Shown piece after piece: positions 1 through 13,559 of a stretch of DNA of 64,000 nt. The stretch is from Eledone cirrhosa (taxonomy: Eukaryota): positions 187,488,001-187,552,000 of the forward strand of contig OZ024743.1 in NCBI GenBank assembly GCA_964016885.1, in the 5' to 3' direction. The notes below the pieces were generated by a model. The model had not been told where the DNA came from. It did not search any database and saw nothing but the letters and a program-made list of their open reading frames with translations. A program made the translations under genes and the position numbers. Position 1 is the first letter of the stretch, and each line of letters opens with the position of its first letter.

Positions 1-1015
1 CGTCCGTGTTCCACGCTTGCATGGGTTTGGACGGGGGTTTTCCCACTTGAGGCAAGAGTGGTTGTCTTGCTCGCATAGGACTGTCTGGCGGGTTTTCTAC
101 AGTTGGATGCCCTTCCTAACACCAACCACATTTACAGTGTGGGGCTGGGAGGTTTTTACCGTGTTGCCTACACGGCCACATTACAGCGTGGACTGTCTGG
201 CGGGTTTTCTACAGCTGGATGCCCTTCCTAACACCAACCACATTTACAGTGTGGGGCTGGGAGGTTTTTACCGTGTTGCCTACACGGCCACATTTACAGC
301 GTGGACTGTGTGTTTTTTGTCGTGACACCTACACGATCTCATTTGTTTCGGCCTGGATGTTGTGGGACCAACATAACTTTACATTGAAAGGGGCGGTGTG
401 GAGGGACGGGGGTGTGTTTTGATAGAGGTGCCTACTGACTGTAGTAGGTTTTTACTTTGTATTTAGGTAAGGCGGGTCTTCTCTATTACTGAGTACCGCC
501 AAAGGTCTCGGTCCAGTGACATTGTCTTGGAGAGGTGTAAGCGTGTGAGGTCGGAATTTATCAGCTCGTCCCATGTTTTTCTGGGTCTGCCTACTCCGTG
601 GCTACCGTCTATCTTTATTGCCCTGCACTTTGTTATACAGCTGTCGTCTTTCATGCGCATCACGTGACCGTACCAACGTAGCCTTCTCTCGAGTAAACAA
701 CATCTGATCCCTCTTATTTCTAATTTTTTCCTTAGTTCGTTTATGCTTTGCCGTTCACGTATATTACTATTGCACATCCAGCGGAGCATGCAAGCTTCGT
801 TCCTCTCTAGTCTGCGTATATCCTCTGCACACAATGCCCAGGTCTCACTGCCATGCAGCATTGCTGTTCGTATGCAGGCATCATATAACCTGCCTTTCAT
901 TTTTAGGGAGAACCCTCTAGCGGCTAATAGTGGTATAAGCTCTCTGAACTTTTTCCATCCAGTTCTGACTCTAGCTACTGTACTTTCAGAGCACCCTCCC
1001 CCACTGCTGATTTTG
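1..1015 (-). mobile_element. RTE-clade LINE (family A), 5'-truncated: RT C-terminus plus long 3' UTR
   Basis: ORF 463..900(-) has KGRLYDACIRTAMLHGSETW, RRLRWYGHVMRM and GRPRKTW, typical of an RTE ORF end. The 3' UTR has the GGTTGGTGTTAGGAAGGGCATCCAGC module and a ~112-bp tandem duplication (79-190/191-302). A close paralogue lies at 29705-30940. Confidence 0.9.
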
Positions 1016-2237
1016 TCATTTATATTTATTTTATTTCATTTCACATGAAAACTTAATATATTCCCAGTTAGGGACATTAACCTTGTGTGCACACATGCCC
1101 ACATTCACACACACTCATACACATATGCACAATCATGCTTACATACATAAATATATACATGCATGTCTTGCTCTTACAAAACCAAATATAGACATGTATT
1201 CACATGAGTGCTTACATTTACACAATACCAAGCTTATAAATATATACAACAATATGTATGTCTACTTGATTGAAACGTTAACCAATTTAATTAATAGCAT
1301 TAATTTAATTATGTGAGAGAATTTCCTATTAATTTGTTGTTGGTTGCTTAAACTGGTGATGTACAACATGGTCAAGGTGGACCACTAGCAGTCCATACCA
1401 AAGTTTAGTGGTCCACAGTGAGATTTATGTTCAACTGTGTTGCATATTATAATTAAAAGCAAATTTCTATTTGGTGATTGATGAAGTTTTTCATGTGAAT
1501 TTTGTGGACCACCTTCTAGAAAACAATAATTCAAACAAGAATTGTAGTGGATTTGATTGTTATTTCTAGCTTATTGTGTGACCACAATGAGGTTCCTTTA
1601 TTGACTAAATTTCTAAATGTTAGTCAATGAAAAAAGGGTAGACCTTTGCAAGACTTACCAATCTGGTGAGACTGATGCAGTTGTACAGTTTTGACATGTG
1701 TATGTCCAATGTCTGCAATGAATCATGGCCAGGTAAATAATTCCAGTATTCTCAGGATTTGACATGGTCAGTTTTGTTCTAGGTGTTTACAGTGAAATGT
1801 GGATAGTTCAGACTCAACAAAGAAGGTGAGAAGAAAGAAACGAGTGCTTTATTTGAGTGGAGGTGGAATGTAACATGCTTGTTCAAAAGAACTGTGGCTG
1901 TTATAGTAATTGTAATAGAGAATGAGAGAAGAAACATGTCTGTAAGCTCAGAAAATCCTTGTTAATCAGTTAGATGACTTCTTGTAAATACAGTCTAGAT
2001 ATTTGTGAGGATAGTAGTAGCACCATCATAGATATCTAATGAGTAAGTCAGGTACAGACATGGTTCACCTACTTAAAAATTTGCTTTACTCTCATGAGGT
2101 TCTGGGTTTGATGATAATGTGTGACACCCCGGCAAGTGTCTTTTACCATAACCTTAGTTTGACACAAGCTTGTGATGGAAACTACTGTATGTGTAATTTA
2201 ATGGTCACATCTACTCAAATATTATATCATGCTAATT

Positions 2238-2430
2238 CAACCTGAAAAGTTTGTAGGCTGACTATGAAGGATTGATGCTTGAGCTGTGAAATCTCGCATG
2301 CATTAATTTCAATTTTGCTTATTGATAACTGCATATTTCTCTCCAGAGACTATGTTAAAAAATAAACCTCATTTGATCATTCCATGAAAGTATCTTGGTC
2401 AGCCTATGAACTTTGCAGCTGACTCTTGTA
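2238..2430 (-). mobile_element. Tc1/mariner-type MITE, nested in a degenerate tRNA-SINE
   Basis: Ends CTGAAAAGTTTGTAGGCTGAC ... GTCAGCCTATGAACTTTGCAGCTGACTCTTGTA; reverse-strand homologue of 20841-21040. Confidence 0.7.
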
Positions 2431-3185
2431 TGTGTTTGTGAAATACTCAGTCACTTACATGTTAATTTAATGAATAGGATAATCAGTTGATTAAACAAAC
2501 AAATATTCATTGTCAAAACCTGATGAAAAATCTATCAATTTAGTGTTGGGAGACATTTCAGCTTCATAGAATGATAGCAACTGATCAGAGATGGAATACC
2601 TACTGTCCGAACCTAAAGATATGATATATATTTGTGAAGCTTCCATAAAAGGTCTTAAATTCCAGATATGTCAAACCACAATTTGTCCTAGCACCATACT
2701 GCACATTCTACAATTCAGTAATTGGTTGAGTTGAGCACTGTAGCAATCAGAATATATTATTTCTATATTGCTATCTAGTCAGTCTTCTTAAAATTGAAGA
2801 TGTTGGATTTGGTTGTAATGAAGTCAAACGTAGCAGTTTCATGCAATCCGTAGCTATTTTAGATGTTTAACCTCAGATAAACCCTTAACCAGGAAAATTG
2901 TGTCTAAAGGCATCTCATCTTTGTTGCAGTCATAGTGTAGGCAGTATTGCATTTATCCACTATAATCACCCATATATTCTAAACAGTAGGGCATGGTTTG
3001 AAAGAGATACAGCTATTATATATAACAGGCTAAACAGCACCATAGAAAAGATTCATAAATATTTCATTGCAAAAATAATAAAATTATATTTTTTAAATAT
3101 CTGGAAAATACAAACTGAAATTTTACATATAAAATCTTCACAAATAGGCTTTGTGAAAAGAGTAAGTAGTTAAAGATGGTTATGA

Positions 3186-3267
<82 letters not shown>

Positions 3268-3339
3268 GTGTTCTTCCTAGTCAATGCAGGATTCATAACC
3301 ATCTTTAACTATATATATATATATACATATATGTGTGCA

Positions 3340-3560
3340 AAATCTAAATGGAAACAAAAATGCAAGCAGCGCAATGCAATGAAGAAATATATTAGTGTAA
3401 TGTCTGATGTAGTAGGAAAAGCATCTTTATGTTTCAGACACTAGTCCTTCATCAGGAGATAGAATGAGAAATAAAAGAATAAATACAAAAACAGAGAGCG
3501 AAAAGAAACAGAAAAAGCTTTTTGAAATGAAGCATGTGTGTATTCAGTCAGCCATTTCAT
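3340..3560 (-). mobile_element. PLE pLTR-like short element with HHR-like motif
   Basis: Minus strand reads CTCCTGATGA-A-GGAC-TAGT-GTCT-GAAACATAAAGA (3423-3459). Flanked by (TA)n; homologous to 24360-24590. Confidence 0.55.
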
Positions 3561-3563
3561 GAG

Positions 3564-3598
<35 letters not shown>

Positions 3599-3682
3599 AG
3601 AGGTTATATTTAATTTGTTGGGATACAACAAGCAAAATATTTTTATAACTGATATAAAGCACTCAACAAATTATTGGAGTAA

Positions 3683-3972
3683 ATATACAATATATTAACA
3701 AATGGAAACTATATTTATAAAACCATATTTATTTCATTATACATATTTCAAGGGCCACCAAGGCAAACTATGGTGTGCTTTCATCAGATAAAATATAATA
3801 TATGTTAGTTTTATAAATAAATATTTTCAGGGTATGTCAATATTTATTTATAAAACTAACCTATATTATATTTTATCTGATGAAAGCGCACCATAGTTTG
3901 CCTTGGTGGCCCTTGAAATATGTATAATGAAATAAATATGGTTTTATAAATATAGTTTCCATTTGTTAATAT

Positions 3973-3981
<9 letters not shown>
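3683..3981. repeat. Long near-perfect inverted repeat (~143-bp arms, ~13-nt loop)
   Basis: 3683-3825 is the reverse complement of 3839-3981 with about 2 mismatches; the right arm runs into (TA)n. Confidence 0.95.
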
Positions 3982-4069
<88 letters not shown>

Positions 4070-4126
4070 GTTGATAAAAATATCCAAGGTATAGAGCAGC
4101 TCAAGTCCATAGGGCGAGTTTAAATG

Positions 4127-4301
4127 TAATTATTAAGGTTAGCTACTACAATGGCACCATACCAAATACATATGTTTCGCTAGTCCTGAGGACCAACTTG
4201 TTCAACCTGTGTCAGACACAGGTTGAATAAGTTGGTCCTCAGGGCTAACAAAACGTATGTACCTGATATGGTGCCAGTGTAGTAACTGGCCTTATTAATT
4301 A
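4127..4301. repeat. Inverted repeat (~87-bp arms, centre 4214)
   Basis: CTGAGGACCAACTTGTTCAACCTGTGTC-A-GACACAGGTTGAATAAGTTGGTCCTCAG; outer arms more diverged; right arm abuts TA/TG repeats. Confidence 0.9.
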
Positions 4302-4410
4302 TACATATATATATATGTGTGTATGTGTGTTTGTGAGTGTATGTAGTTCTAGATAAAGAAGATGAACATAGAGATACAATAATACAAAACATTATTAGTT
4401 TCACACAAAG

Positions 4411-4601
4411 GGCGATGGATTGGCAGTATCGGTAGGGGGTCGGACGCCATGCTTTCCAGCATAGTTACGTCCCATTACGATCTGAGTTCAAATCCCGCCG
4501 AGGTTGACTTTGCCTTTCATCCTTATGGGGTCGATGAAATAAAGTACCAGTAATGCACTGGGTAATTGCTGGCCTTGTGCCTAAAGTAGAAACAATTATT
4601 A
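4411..4601 (+). mobile_element. tRNA-derived SINE family 2 (Meta/MESC-like core), full length with TSD
   Basis: B-box-like GAGTTCAAATCCC, core GCCTTTCATCCTTATGGGGTCGATGAAAT and tail GGCCTTGTGCCTAAAGTAGAAACAATT. Direct repeat ATTATTAGTTTCACACA at 4391-4407 and 4595-4611. Confidence 0.85.
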
Positions 4602-4860
4602 GTTTCACACATTTTTGGAAAAGCAAATAGAATGTATGAACGTATTGGATGTTAGTCCTTCATTTAGAAAGAGCACAGTTCAGAGTATGAGGAGACTGGA
4701 AGGCTGGAAAAAAGATGGGTGAGGAGAGAAAGCAAATAGTCCGGTGTGTTAGAGTTGGGGCCAAGGTTTATATATATATATATAGTTTAACATACGTATA
4801 CCTTTTTAAAATGTGCAGCAAAAATTTTTCTTTACATTTTGCTTTGAAATATTTACTCTT

Positions 4861-5035
4861 AGTATCGGTAGAGAGTCAGACAACATGCTTTCCAGCATAG
4901 TTACGTCTCTTTACAGTCTGAGTTCAAATCCTGCCGAGGTTAACTTTGCCTTTCATCCTTATGGGGTCGATAAAATAAAGTACCAGTAATGTACTGGGTA
5001 ATTGCTGGCCTTGTGTCAAAAGTAGAAACAATTAT
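4861..5035 (+). mobile_element. SINE family 2, 5'-truncated with 13-bp TSD
   Basis: Homologous to 4411-4601; TATTTACTCTTAG at 4850-4862 and 5033-5045. Confidence 0.85.
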
Positions 5036-8000
5036 TTACTCTTAGGTGCACCACGGGTAAAAAGGTTCAACAAAATACCAAGTTTCATTCGTTAGCTATT
5101 GGTTGTGTTTTCGTTTTTTTTTGTATTTTTTTTGCATCTGCTGAAAATAGTTAATTAGCTACAAAATACATATCAGTGTCTTTTGTCTGCAGTTGTGGGT
5201 GTTTGTGTTTGTGAGTGTGTGTGTGTGTGTTTGCGCATGCATGTGTGTGTGTGTGTGTGCTCATGTCTGTGTGTGTGTGCGTGCGTGCTCATGTCTGTGT
5301 GTGGTGTGTGTGTGTGTGTGTGTTTTGAAATTGTCTGGATCAGATAAGACACAGATAAAAGGAAAATTGAAAGAGATACGTTCAAAGATATAGTCAGATT
5401 GTAACTCAATTTCCTTTAGACATTGTTGACCAAAACAACAATAAGGAATTTTAAACATAAGCTAAACAAACTATGTAAAGCAAATGAAGAAGATGTGTTT
5501 GATAGAAGTGTGTATTACAGTGTAGGCAAATAGAATACTTTGTGATATTTATTATGGCTCTCTGTAATCTGAGTTCAAATCCTGCTGATGTCAACTTTGC
5601 TTTCCATCGTTTTGATGTTGAGTCACAATGCCACCCATACAACTTCATAAGGTGCAGGTTGAGCAGTAAAATATTGTGTATTAGTAATGAGTGGTAGCAG
5701 TAGTCTAACAATGACAGGAAATACAATGGATCATGCATTTTACTCCAATCTAAAGCAAAAACTATCCATTTTGGTTATCACCCTAGGTTTATTGCGAGTA
5801 ATTATTCTTTAAAAATCTGGTAACTCATTTCTTTCATTTTCTTACTTAGCTACATGTTAGTCTCAAGGGAGCAAACCTATGATCAAAGGGGTTTTAGCTG
5901 TAACCATTCCATTTTATTTTCACCTTATAGTTCAATCTAGGATTACATTATCCATTCTGGGTGAAATTTGAAGATTTTGCTGCTCTTTGTAACAGGCTAA
6001 GCTACCTCATAGAGATTCTTTTGTCAGCTCATCTAGCTAAATAAATTGGTTTCAACTGAGAATGAAGACAGTTTTACAGATTCAAGAGGTTAGGACTGAA
6101 AGGTTAATTCCTGTTCATTAAAACACCATTACTCCAGGCGAAAATCTTTCCACCAACAAATTACAAATAGATATTGCTAGTAGCTTAGAGGAAAAAACTT
6201 CCAGAAAGATTGATTGACATATATATATATAGTGACACATGTTTTATGTCCTACTGTGTTGCATAATGCAATTAAATATATATTTATATTTAGTAGTCTC
6301 TGAAGATTTTTTCTTAAAGAATTTTGTGAGTTACAATATATGGTCTGACAACAAAGGTGATGTCTAAAAAAAAGGTGATGTTCTGGTTACTCTATATCTG
6401 GCTATGTATTCTTGATAAGTCTGCATAGTCAGGGCTGACCTTGGGTTAATCAATAATGATTTATAAAAAAACAATTGCTGCTAGATAATTAATTAGCTAC
6501 CTATTTGATATAGATCTGCTTGACCAGATCTTATCAGACGTTATCAAATACACTCAACATCAATAATCCCTGGAAGACAATTAATTGAATTTCAAAATAC
6601 TTTTCTTCTCAATAAATCCACTTGAAACTACAAATATGATATTTTAAAGTTCATCATTAACAATGCATTAACAATGCATCTCATTTTACAGAACAATAAC
6701 TATATTTGGATTCAGATTTTCAGACTGTGAAAAAATTTTATATTTTTCTTTTCTACTTCGGTAAACAAACAAACAAAAAAAGGGAACTAACCTAATTTCT
6801 GATCTGTAATTTAAAAAATATCCATTGTCTGGAATTGTTTATCAAATTAAAATCTGTACGAAACTTAACAGCTTGTCTAATTTAATAATAATGGTTGCTA
6901 ACAGCCTTAAATCAAGCAAATGCGTGAAACTGTTTACAAGCACCTTCATCAAACGAAATAAAGCTAATATTTTTATTTTTATTCACCAATCTTATTTTAT
7001 TTGATAATCTATAGAATTATAACTCTTTGTACATATTTTTATTCGTTTTCCTGGGAATTTAAATGAAGTGAGAAATATTTTTACTTTGTGATGTGTAAGC
7101 CACATCATATAAATATATTAGTTTCAAAAAGAATATTACATATATCTATATAAACTGTTGCATTTGTTTCTTTGCTGTTAAAACATAGCTAAGTTACATC
7201 TAATGATGAGGAGAGAAGTATGTTGTTATTTGATAACCAAAGTTTATTTAATCCATGTTTGCAGGAGTTAAAAAGTTCTATATTCACACATAAATCAAAT
7301 GCCAGTTTCCTTTCATACATCTGTATTCACAATTCTAACTTTAATTTAATATTATACCTATTTGATGATATACCAATTTTATGATATAACAATATATAAA
7401 TGTTTCCACAATATGAATCTTTTTTGTTAATTTCTGCAAGTATAACTAAAATATTATTTTTGTAAAGAAGTGGGAAGCATTTTTATTTTGTAAAAATTAC
7501 TCAAGTAAGGATAAATGAAAGAACAGAATAGAATAAACAAATTTGCTATTCAAACTGTTCAGTTAGTTGAGAATGTTATTCTATATAGAAAATGATTTGT
7601 GCATTGAATATGATGTTTGATTTGCTTACCTTTGCATACCTTTCAAAACTATAACTTACCATGAAAATAGTATGATAATATCAAATAGGTCTTCTTACAA
7701 TTAATGGTCAGTGTGCTGAATTATGAAGGAAACATCGTAGAAATAACATAGAAACGCATTTCATGTTTCAGGCGGTCATATAAATTAGATTCCTTTGATG
7801 ATATCTTTTCAATTATGGTAGCGAAAATTGCTTTCAAAAGTTAGATATTGTAGATTACTGTATGAATATAGGTATGTAGTTCTAAAATTTCCAGTGTATC
7901 AGTATTTGGCTGTTTTTCTGATTTGTCTCATTTAGTATTTAGTTACAAGCAGGAGAGTTGATACACTTAATTATTCCTCATTTACAATTATGATGCTATG

Positions 8001-8879
8001 AGACATTGTACAAAACTATTGTTATTCCAAGTTAAGCCCTCCATAAACCACATACAGCCAAAGGTTTTAACTCCAGTTTTCATAGCAGTAAAAGCACAGG
8101 CACATGAGAATGTGAATAAAACAGCAAGCAATGACTAAAAACTGACCAGGTTGAGTGTGTGAGACGTGTAAACATATTATGGGAGAATAGAGATATACAG
8201 TGTTAAAGGGAATTATAGAAAACAGACAGTAAAGGTAGAATGGTGTGAGAGTTTGTTGAAGGAGGCATTATAGAAAGGAAGTATTCAAAGGGTGATAGTA
8301 ATAGAAGCATTAATGGTAACTACATATTATTGAGAGATAGATAGGTGGTGGGAGATTGTGATGGTTGTCTGTAAGAAGTGGCTTTGAGGAGATGAAGTGA
8401 TGACTTGCAATAGAGAAGGTTGATTGTAGGATGTCATCATCATCACCATTTAATGTCTAATCATCATGTTTGCATGGATTAGATCTGCTGTGAGGTACTA
8501 AGAGTTTACATCTTGCTCCATTTTATACTTGGTTACCATCTTTGGGAAGAGATTAAATATAAACAAGACTAGAAACTGTCTTTGTTATAGGAGCATTTTG
8601 GTACAATGAATAGATGAATGAATGAGCATTGGATAGAGGACAAAGCCAGACAGGTCCAGTGCCACCTATGGCTATATGAACAGTATGTTACAATGGATAG
8701 GGTGTAGGTAGGAGAAGATTGTGGTGATTATCAATGAGAAGAAGAAATGAAAAAGGTGAAAGAATATAATTAGTTGAAGACTTAGGAAAAACATATTGAA
8801 CAAGAGACCTAACAATAACTATACCTTTCAGTCTCAACTAACAATATGTCCATGTTAATGTATATTTCACCTTCCTTGC

Positions 8880-9155
8880 ATGAGTGCATGGATCTTCTTT
8901 AATACAATGTGTCACCAATTATCAGAATTTCTTTCATTTGCTTAAGGTTAATCTTCACCATTTCTTATATTGCTTTCCTAAGTCTTCTTCTTCCACAGAT
9001 TCCACACATCTTGAGTGATCTGCAGTTCTCTTTATATCCCTCATCCCCTATATTCACCACACACCTGTACCTATGAAATCATTTTTCTTGCATGCTAGAT
9101 CTGATTTCTTAATACCTAGTTTTTCTCTCAGCTCATTTGTGCTTCATTGTTCATG
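8880..9155 (-). mobile_element. Highly degenerate RTE LINE 3' fragment
   Basis: Weak similarity to the RTE ORF end seen at 463-900 and 44630-45125. Confidence 0.45.
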
Positions 9156-9464
9156 TGTGTGTGTAAATGTAATTATAAAAATAAAATTAAAAAAATTTTG
9201 AAGCAATAGAAATGCTAATTATATTTATTGTTGCTATAGTGACCGAACTAAATATAACAGAGGTTTCTCTGTTTTTGCACTACTTAACTCTTTGGAGTCT
9301 TGTAGTAGCTTCACTTAGCTATATCATTTTCTCTTTTCTCATCTACATCTCTCATTCTCTTTCTCCATCTCTCCCTCACTCTCATCAATCTTTCTTTCTC
9401 ACTCTCTTTATTTCTCTCTTTATCTTCTTTCTCTCAAATTATCAGGCACAATAATAAGCATGTA

Positions 9465-9465
<1 letters not shown>

Positions 9466-9538
<73 letters not shown>
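9466..9538. repeat. (TAC)n microsatellite
   Basis: Perfect trinucleotide run. Confidence 0.95.
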
Positions 9539-9734
9539 AGTGCTAACAAAGGAACTTCTATGGGGTCAATTAACCTAGTAGAAAGAGTAGGCAAATAACT
9601 CTTAAACTACACTTAACAAAAACTGAATATTTGATTTTATAGTTTTACACACCCTCTGCAGTGACATGAATAACTTTTCCTACACACTCAGTCAGTCTCT
9701 ATTCTTGTGTATGTCTGTATATATATATATACGT

Positions 9735-10112
9735 CATCATCATCATTGATTAACGTCTATCTTCCATGCTAGCATGGGTTAAATGGGTTTGTTCCATTTA
9801 CCCCATGCTAGCATGGGTTAAATGGGTTTGTTCCATTTAGAGGAAAGTTGGGTTGGGTGACCGTGTCTTGTTCATATAGGAGCGTTTCTGGCTGGTTTTC
9901 TACGGCTGGATGCCCTTCCTAACGCCAACCACATTGACAATGTGTGCTGAGTACATTTTGCTGTGTCTTTACATGTCCACTTTACAGTGTGGGCAGGGTA
10001 CTTTTTGCTGTGTTTTTACATGTCCACTTTACAGTGTGGGCTGGTTTTCTATGGCTGGATGCCCTTTCTAACACCAACCACATTGACAGTGTGTGTTGAG
10101 TGCTTTTTGCAC
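9735..10112 (-). mobile_element. RTE-tail SINE/3'-UTR module (family 1)
   Basis: (CAT)n tail next to (TA)n; CCATGCTAGCATGGGTTA duplicated at 9764 and 9802; two GGATGCCCTT...AACCAC modules and CACTTTACAGTGTG units. Confidence 0.8.
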
Positions 10113-10837
10113 ACCCACATATATATATATATGTGAGTGTGTGTGTGTGTGTGTGTTGGGGCAGCTAGTACTTGTGCATGCTGTAAATTTCAAGCCTAGA
10201 GTAATGTTTCGTAGGTTGTTCATATGCACCTTTTTTGTTCTATTATGTAGGAAATCTTATAGAGGTCTGCCAGGTGAATTTCACCAAAAACTTGAACTGA
10301 CATGGTGTTGTTATGAGGTATGTCTTCCAGGTCTTGACATTTGATCACAAGCAAGTGACACCTTAACGTGTGTCATGAGCTTCTCATAAAAGGTAATGAT
10401 AAAATTAAAGCTGAAGGGGTGCTACTACAAGTCAGAACAGGAAATTTAAATAGGAACTTTTCAGTGCTTTTAAAACACAGAGGATGCATTGGGATTGTTG
10501 TGTGCATTCCTAAGGGAATTATTTCAAATAGGAATGGTGCTCAAATACAAATAATACATGAAATATATTATTTACCAGAGAAATAGTATACATTTTTTAG
10601 TCTTTTTCCATGAACTTTCTGGTACTACTTTCTACACACACCCATACACACACATACACACATGCACATATATACACAACTGCGTGGATCTAGTTTAGAA
10701 AAAGTATTTTGTATCTGTATGTCATAAGCAGTAACTAAAAGGGCTAGTGTCAGGGAGGGTAACTGGCTCTACAATATTGCCTCAATACTCAAAGCATCAT
10801 GCCCAACCTTTGCCAGCATGAAAAAGTCAATGTAAGA

Positions 10838-10950
10838 ATAATTGTTTCTACTTTTGGCACAAGGCCAGCAATTACCCAGTACATTACTGGGACTTTATTT
10901 TATCGACCCCGTATGGATGAAAGGCAAAGTTAACCTCGGTGGGATTTGAA
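10838..10950 (-). mobile_element. SINE family 2, truncated, with TSD
   Basis: AGTCAATGTAAGAATAAT at 10825-10842 and 10950-10967; inserted into an older RTE-type tail. Confidence 0.8.
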
Positions 10951-10984
10951 GTCAATGTAAGAATAATGATATATATATATATAG

Positions 10985-11101
10985 TTCCCGTATGAGCAAG
11001 ACATGGTCAGCTGACCGGCTACTGCCCACAACAGGACAACCCGTCTAACCCATGCTAGTGTGGAAGAATGGACATAAAATGGTGATGATGATGATGATGA
11101 T
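10985..11101 (+). mobile_element. RTE-tail SINE family 1, 3' fragment
   Basis: Near-identical to 12364-12472; ends in (GAT)n. Confidence 0.8.
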
Positions 11102-12018
11102 ATATTTTACTCTTTTAACTGTTCTAGCAATTCGGTTGAGGCCATATATATGCATGTATATGTATGAATGCATGTGGTCTGCTGAGTCAATCTACAATTA
11201 GGTTTCAAGTATATTGGTGAAGGATATATCATTGAAAAGAAAACAAGAACCAGTGTTCTATGAAGAGAAATCCATCGGGATACACTAAGTTAGAGATACT
11301 AGTTAATGGTATGAATGTCACAGCTCTAAAAGACCAGCAAAATAAAGGTTTGAGAGGATTCTACAGTTATGCCTAAAATATGACAACCTCCCAAGTTATG
11401 GTGTAATGATAGAATTCATGGTAGGGCATATGAACATATGTTAGTGAAATGTACAACCCCAACCCATCAAAGCAATTGACAGAGCACTGAAAGTTATGTA
11501 GGAAAGACACAGGACCCTGACCCATCTAAGATGACAGTAGCTCTGCTTGAATACTACCAGAATATAACAACCCAACCTATTTTTTCTTGCTGGGAAAATG
11601 GAAATTAAATTATGGTGATGATGATGGTGACTACAATTGAATAGAGAAAGATATGTAAGTTCAGTATTTTTGCTAACAATACAATATAAAATAGTTTATT
11701 TTTATGTCACTCCTCATCCTAGGTTTATCCACAGATAATCTCTTTTATTTCTCGAATTTTTTCTATCCTATATTTTTTTCAAAGTTATCTTACCATTTTC
11801 AGTTATTGCAATGTAACCATGCTAGGATTTTAGTTAATTATTTCAACCTCAATATTCAATTTGCTACTTATTTCATCGTTCTTTTAAAGAATAAAAAGCA
11901 ATATTATTAGGGAATAAGAGGATTTACGTTTGTTTGCTGAAGCAGATGCACATGCACTCAATCACACATACCTAATTATATACCTGTCTCTTTGTCTATA
12001 TATATAATAATATATATG

Positions 12019-12472
12019 TGAAGGCACATGGCTTAGTGGTTAGAGCATTGGCCTTGCAATCGAAAGGTTGTGAGTTCAATTCTCAGACCGGGTGATGTGG
12101 TGTTTCCTTGAGCAAGGCACTTTATTTCACATTGCTCCAGTTTACTCAGCTGTAAAAATGAGATGATAGGACTGGGGTCGCTATCATTCCACTGCAAAGT
12201 GGGCATAAAGGTGCCATGGCAAAAAAAAAAAAAAAAAAAAGCACCCAGCCCACACTGTAAAAGTGGTCGTGTAGGCGCCACGGAAAAAAAAGCACCCAGC
12301 ACTCACTGTAAATGAGGTTGGTGTTAGGAAGGGCATCCAGCTGTAGAAATCAAGCCAGAATCAGTTCCTGTATGACCAAGACATGGTCAGCTGACCAGAC
12401 ACTGCCCACAACAGGACAACCCGTCTAACCCATGCTAGCGTGGAAGAACGGACATAAAACGGTGATGATGAT
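12019..12472 (+). mobile_element. Full-length composite tRNA-SINE (tRNA head + CORE/Ceph-like domain + RTE-type 3' module)
   Basis: A-box TGGCTTAGTGG, B-box GAGTTCAATTC, central CCTTGAGCAAGGCACTT, ~43-bp CACACTGTAAA units, AGGAAGGGCATCCAGC and a (GAT)n tail. Confidence 0.85.
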
Positions 12473-12658
12473 GTATGGTTTTAGAATTCTGCCTAAAAAA
12501 GTCCTGTGCATCCAATAACAGCATGAAAAGATGGATGTAAAACTGATGATATGTATGTAAGTATATATATATACAAATATATATATATACAAATATATAT
12601 ATATATATGTATAGTGACGAAACATAAGTCAATTGCATGAACTCATAATCCTTTATTT

Positions 12659-12714
12659 ACTGCTATATATATTTCGATGATAGCCATTGAATGGCTATGG
12701 CCTCATCAGGCAGT
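12659..12714 (-). ncRNA. Type I hammerhead ribozyme (PLE-associated minimal type)
   Basis: Minus strand: ACTGC-CTGATGA-GGCCATAGCCAT-TCA-ATGGCTATCATC-GAAA-TATATATA-GCAGT. Perfect 5-bp stem I, complete core, 8-bp inner stem II, short palindromic stem III and an AUA cleavage triplet, followed by AATAAA. Confidence 0.75.
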
Positions 12715-12773
12715 TAGTCAGTTCTTAGATATGCCAGCTCTGTGTTTATAGTGTTGATGATATCAGAGTCTTG

Positions 12774-12819
<46 letters not shown>

Positions 12820-12823
<4 letters not shown>

Positions 12824-13014
12824 TAATTGTTTCTACATTTGGCACAATCCAGCAATTATCCCAGTGTATTACTGGTGCTTTATTTTATCGACCCTGTAAG
12901 GATGAAAGGCAAAGTTAACCTCGGCGTGATTTGAACTCAGACCATAAAGGGACGTAACTCTTTGCTGCAAAGCATGGCGTCCGACCCTCTACCAATACTG
13001 CCTATCCATCGCCC
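12820..13014 (-). mobile_element. SINE family 2, full length
   Basis: Reverse complement of the 4411-4601 family; its tail sits in (TA)n. Confidence 0.85.
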
Positions 13015-13388
13015 TATATATAATATTAATAATGATAATAATAAGGGTTTATATCGATATCTAGTGATTTTAATCTCGTTTTTTACAATTTGCTCAACAA
13101 ATTCATTTGGAGCGCATGCATGGCATTAATTGTAATACAACATTTCCAGCCAAAAGCTTACGCTATGAAAACAGTTTAATTATTGTATTGACAGATTAAC
13201 ATATAAAAGCATTAAAGTACTCACAATTTCATCAATTGAAGCACCCAGTCGGCTCCTAGGGTACCCCCAAATTTCGCCGGAGTATAAAAATCACATGTAA
13301 GCTGGTACAGTACTGTTTAAAATTCCATGGTGAATCTGCTGGTTATTTTGTACTGCTTCTCTGTTTTTTGTTCCTGTCTAATATTTAG

Positions 13389-13461
<73 letters not shown>

Positions 13462-13559
13462 AATGCACCCACACCCACACTCACATATATATATATACAT
13501 ATATTTAGGTGTGTGTCTGTGTGTCTGTATGCCTGTGTGTTTGTGTGAGTGTGTGTATG

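Noticed and set aside
12022-12092. tRNA gene
   Set aside because: A/B boxes are present but the cloverleaf is imperfect and it continues into a SINE body.
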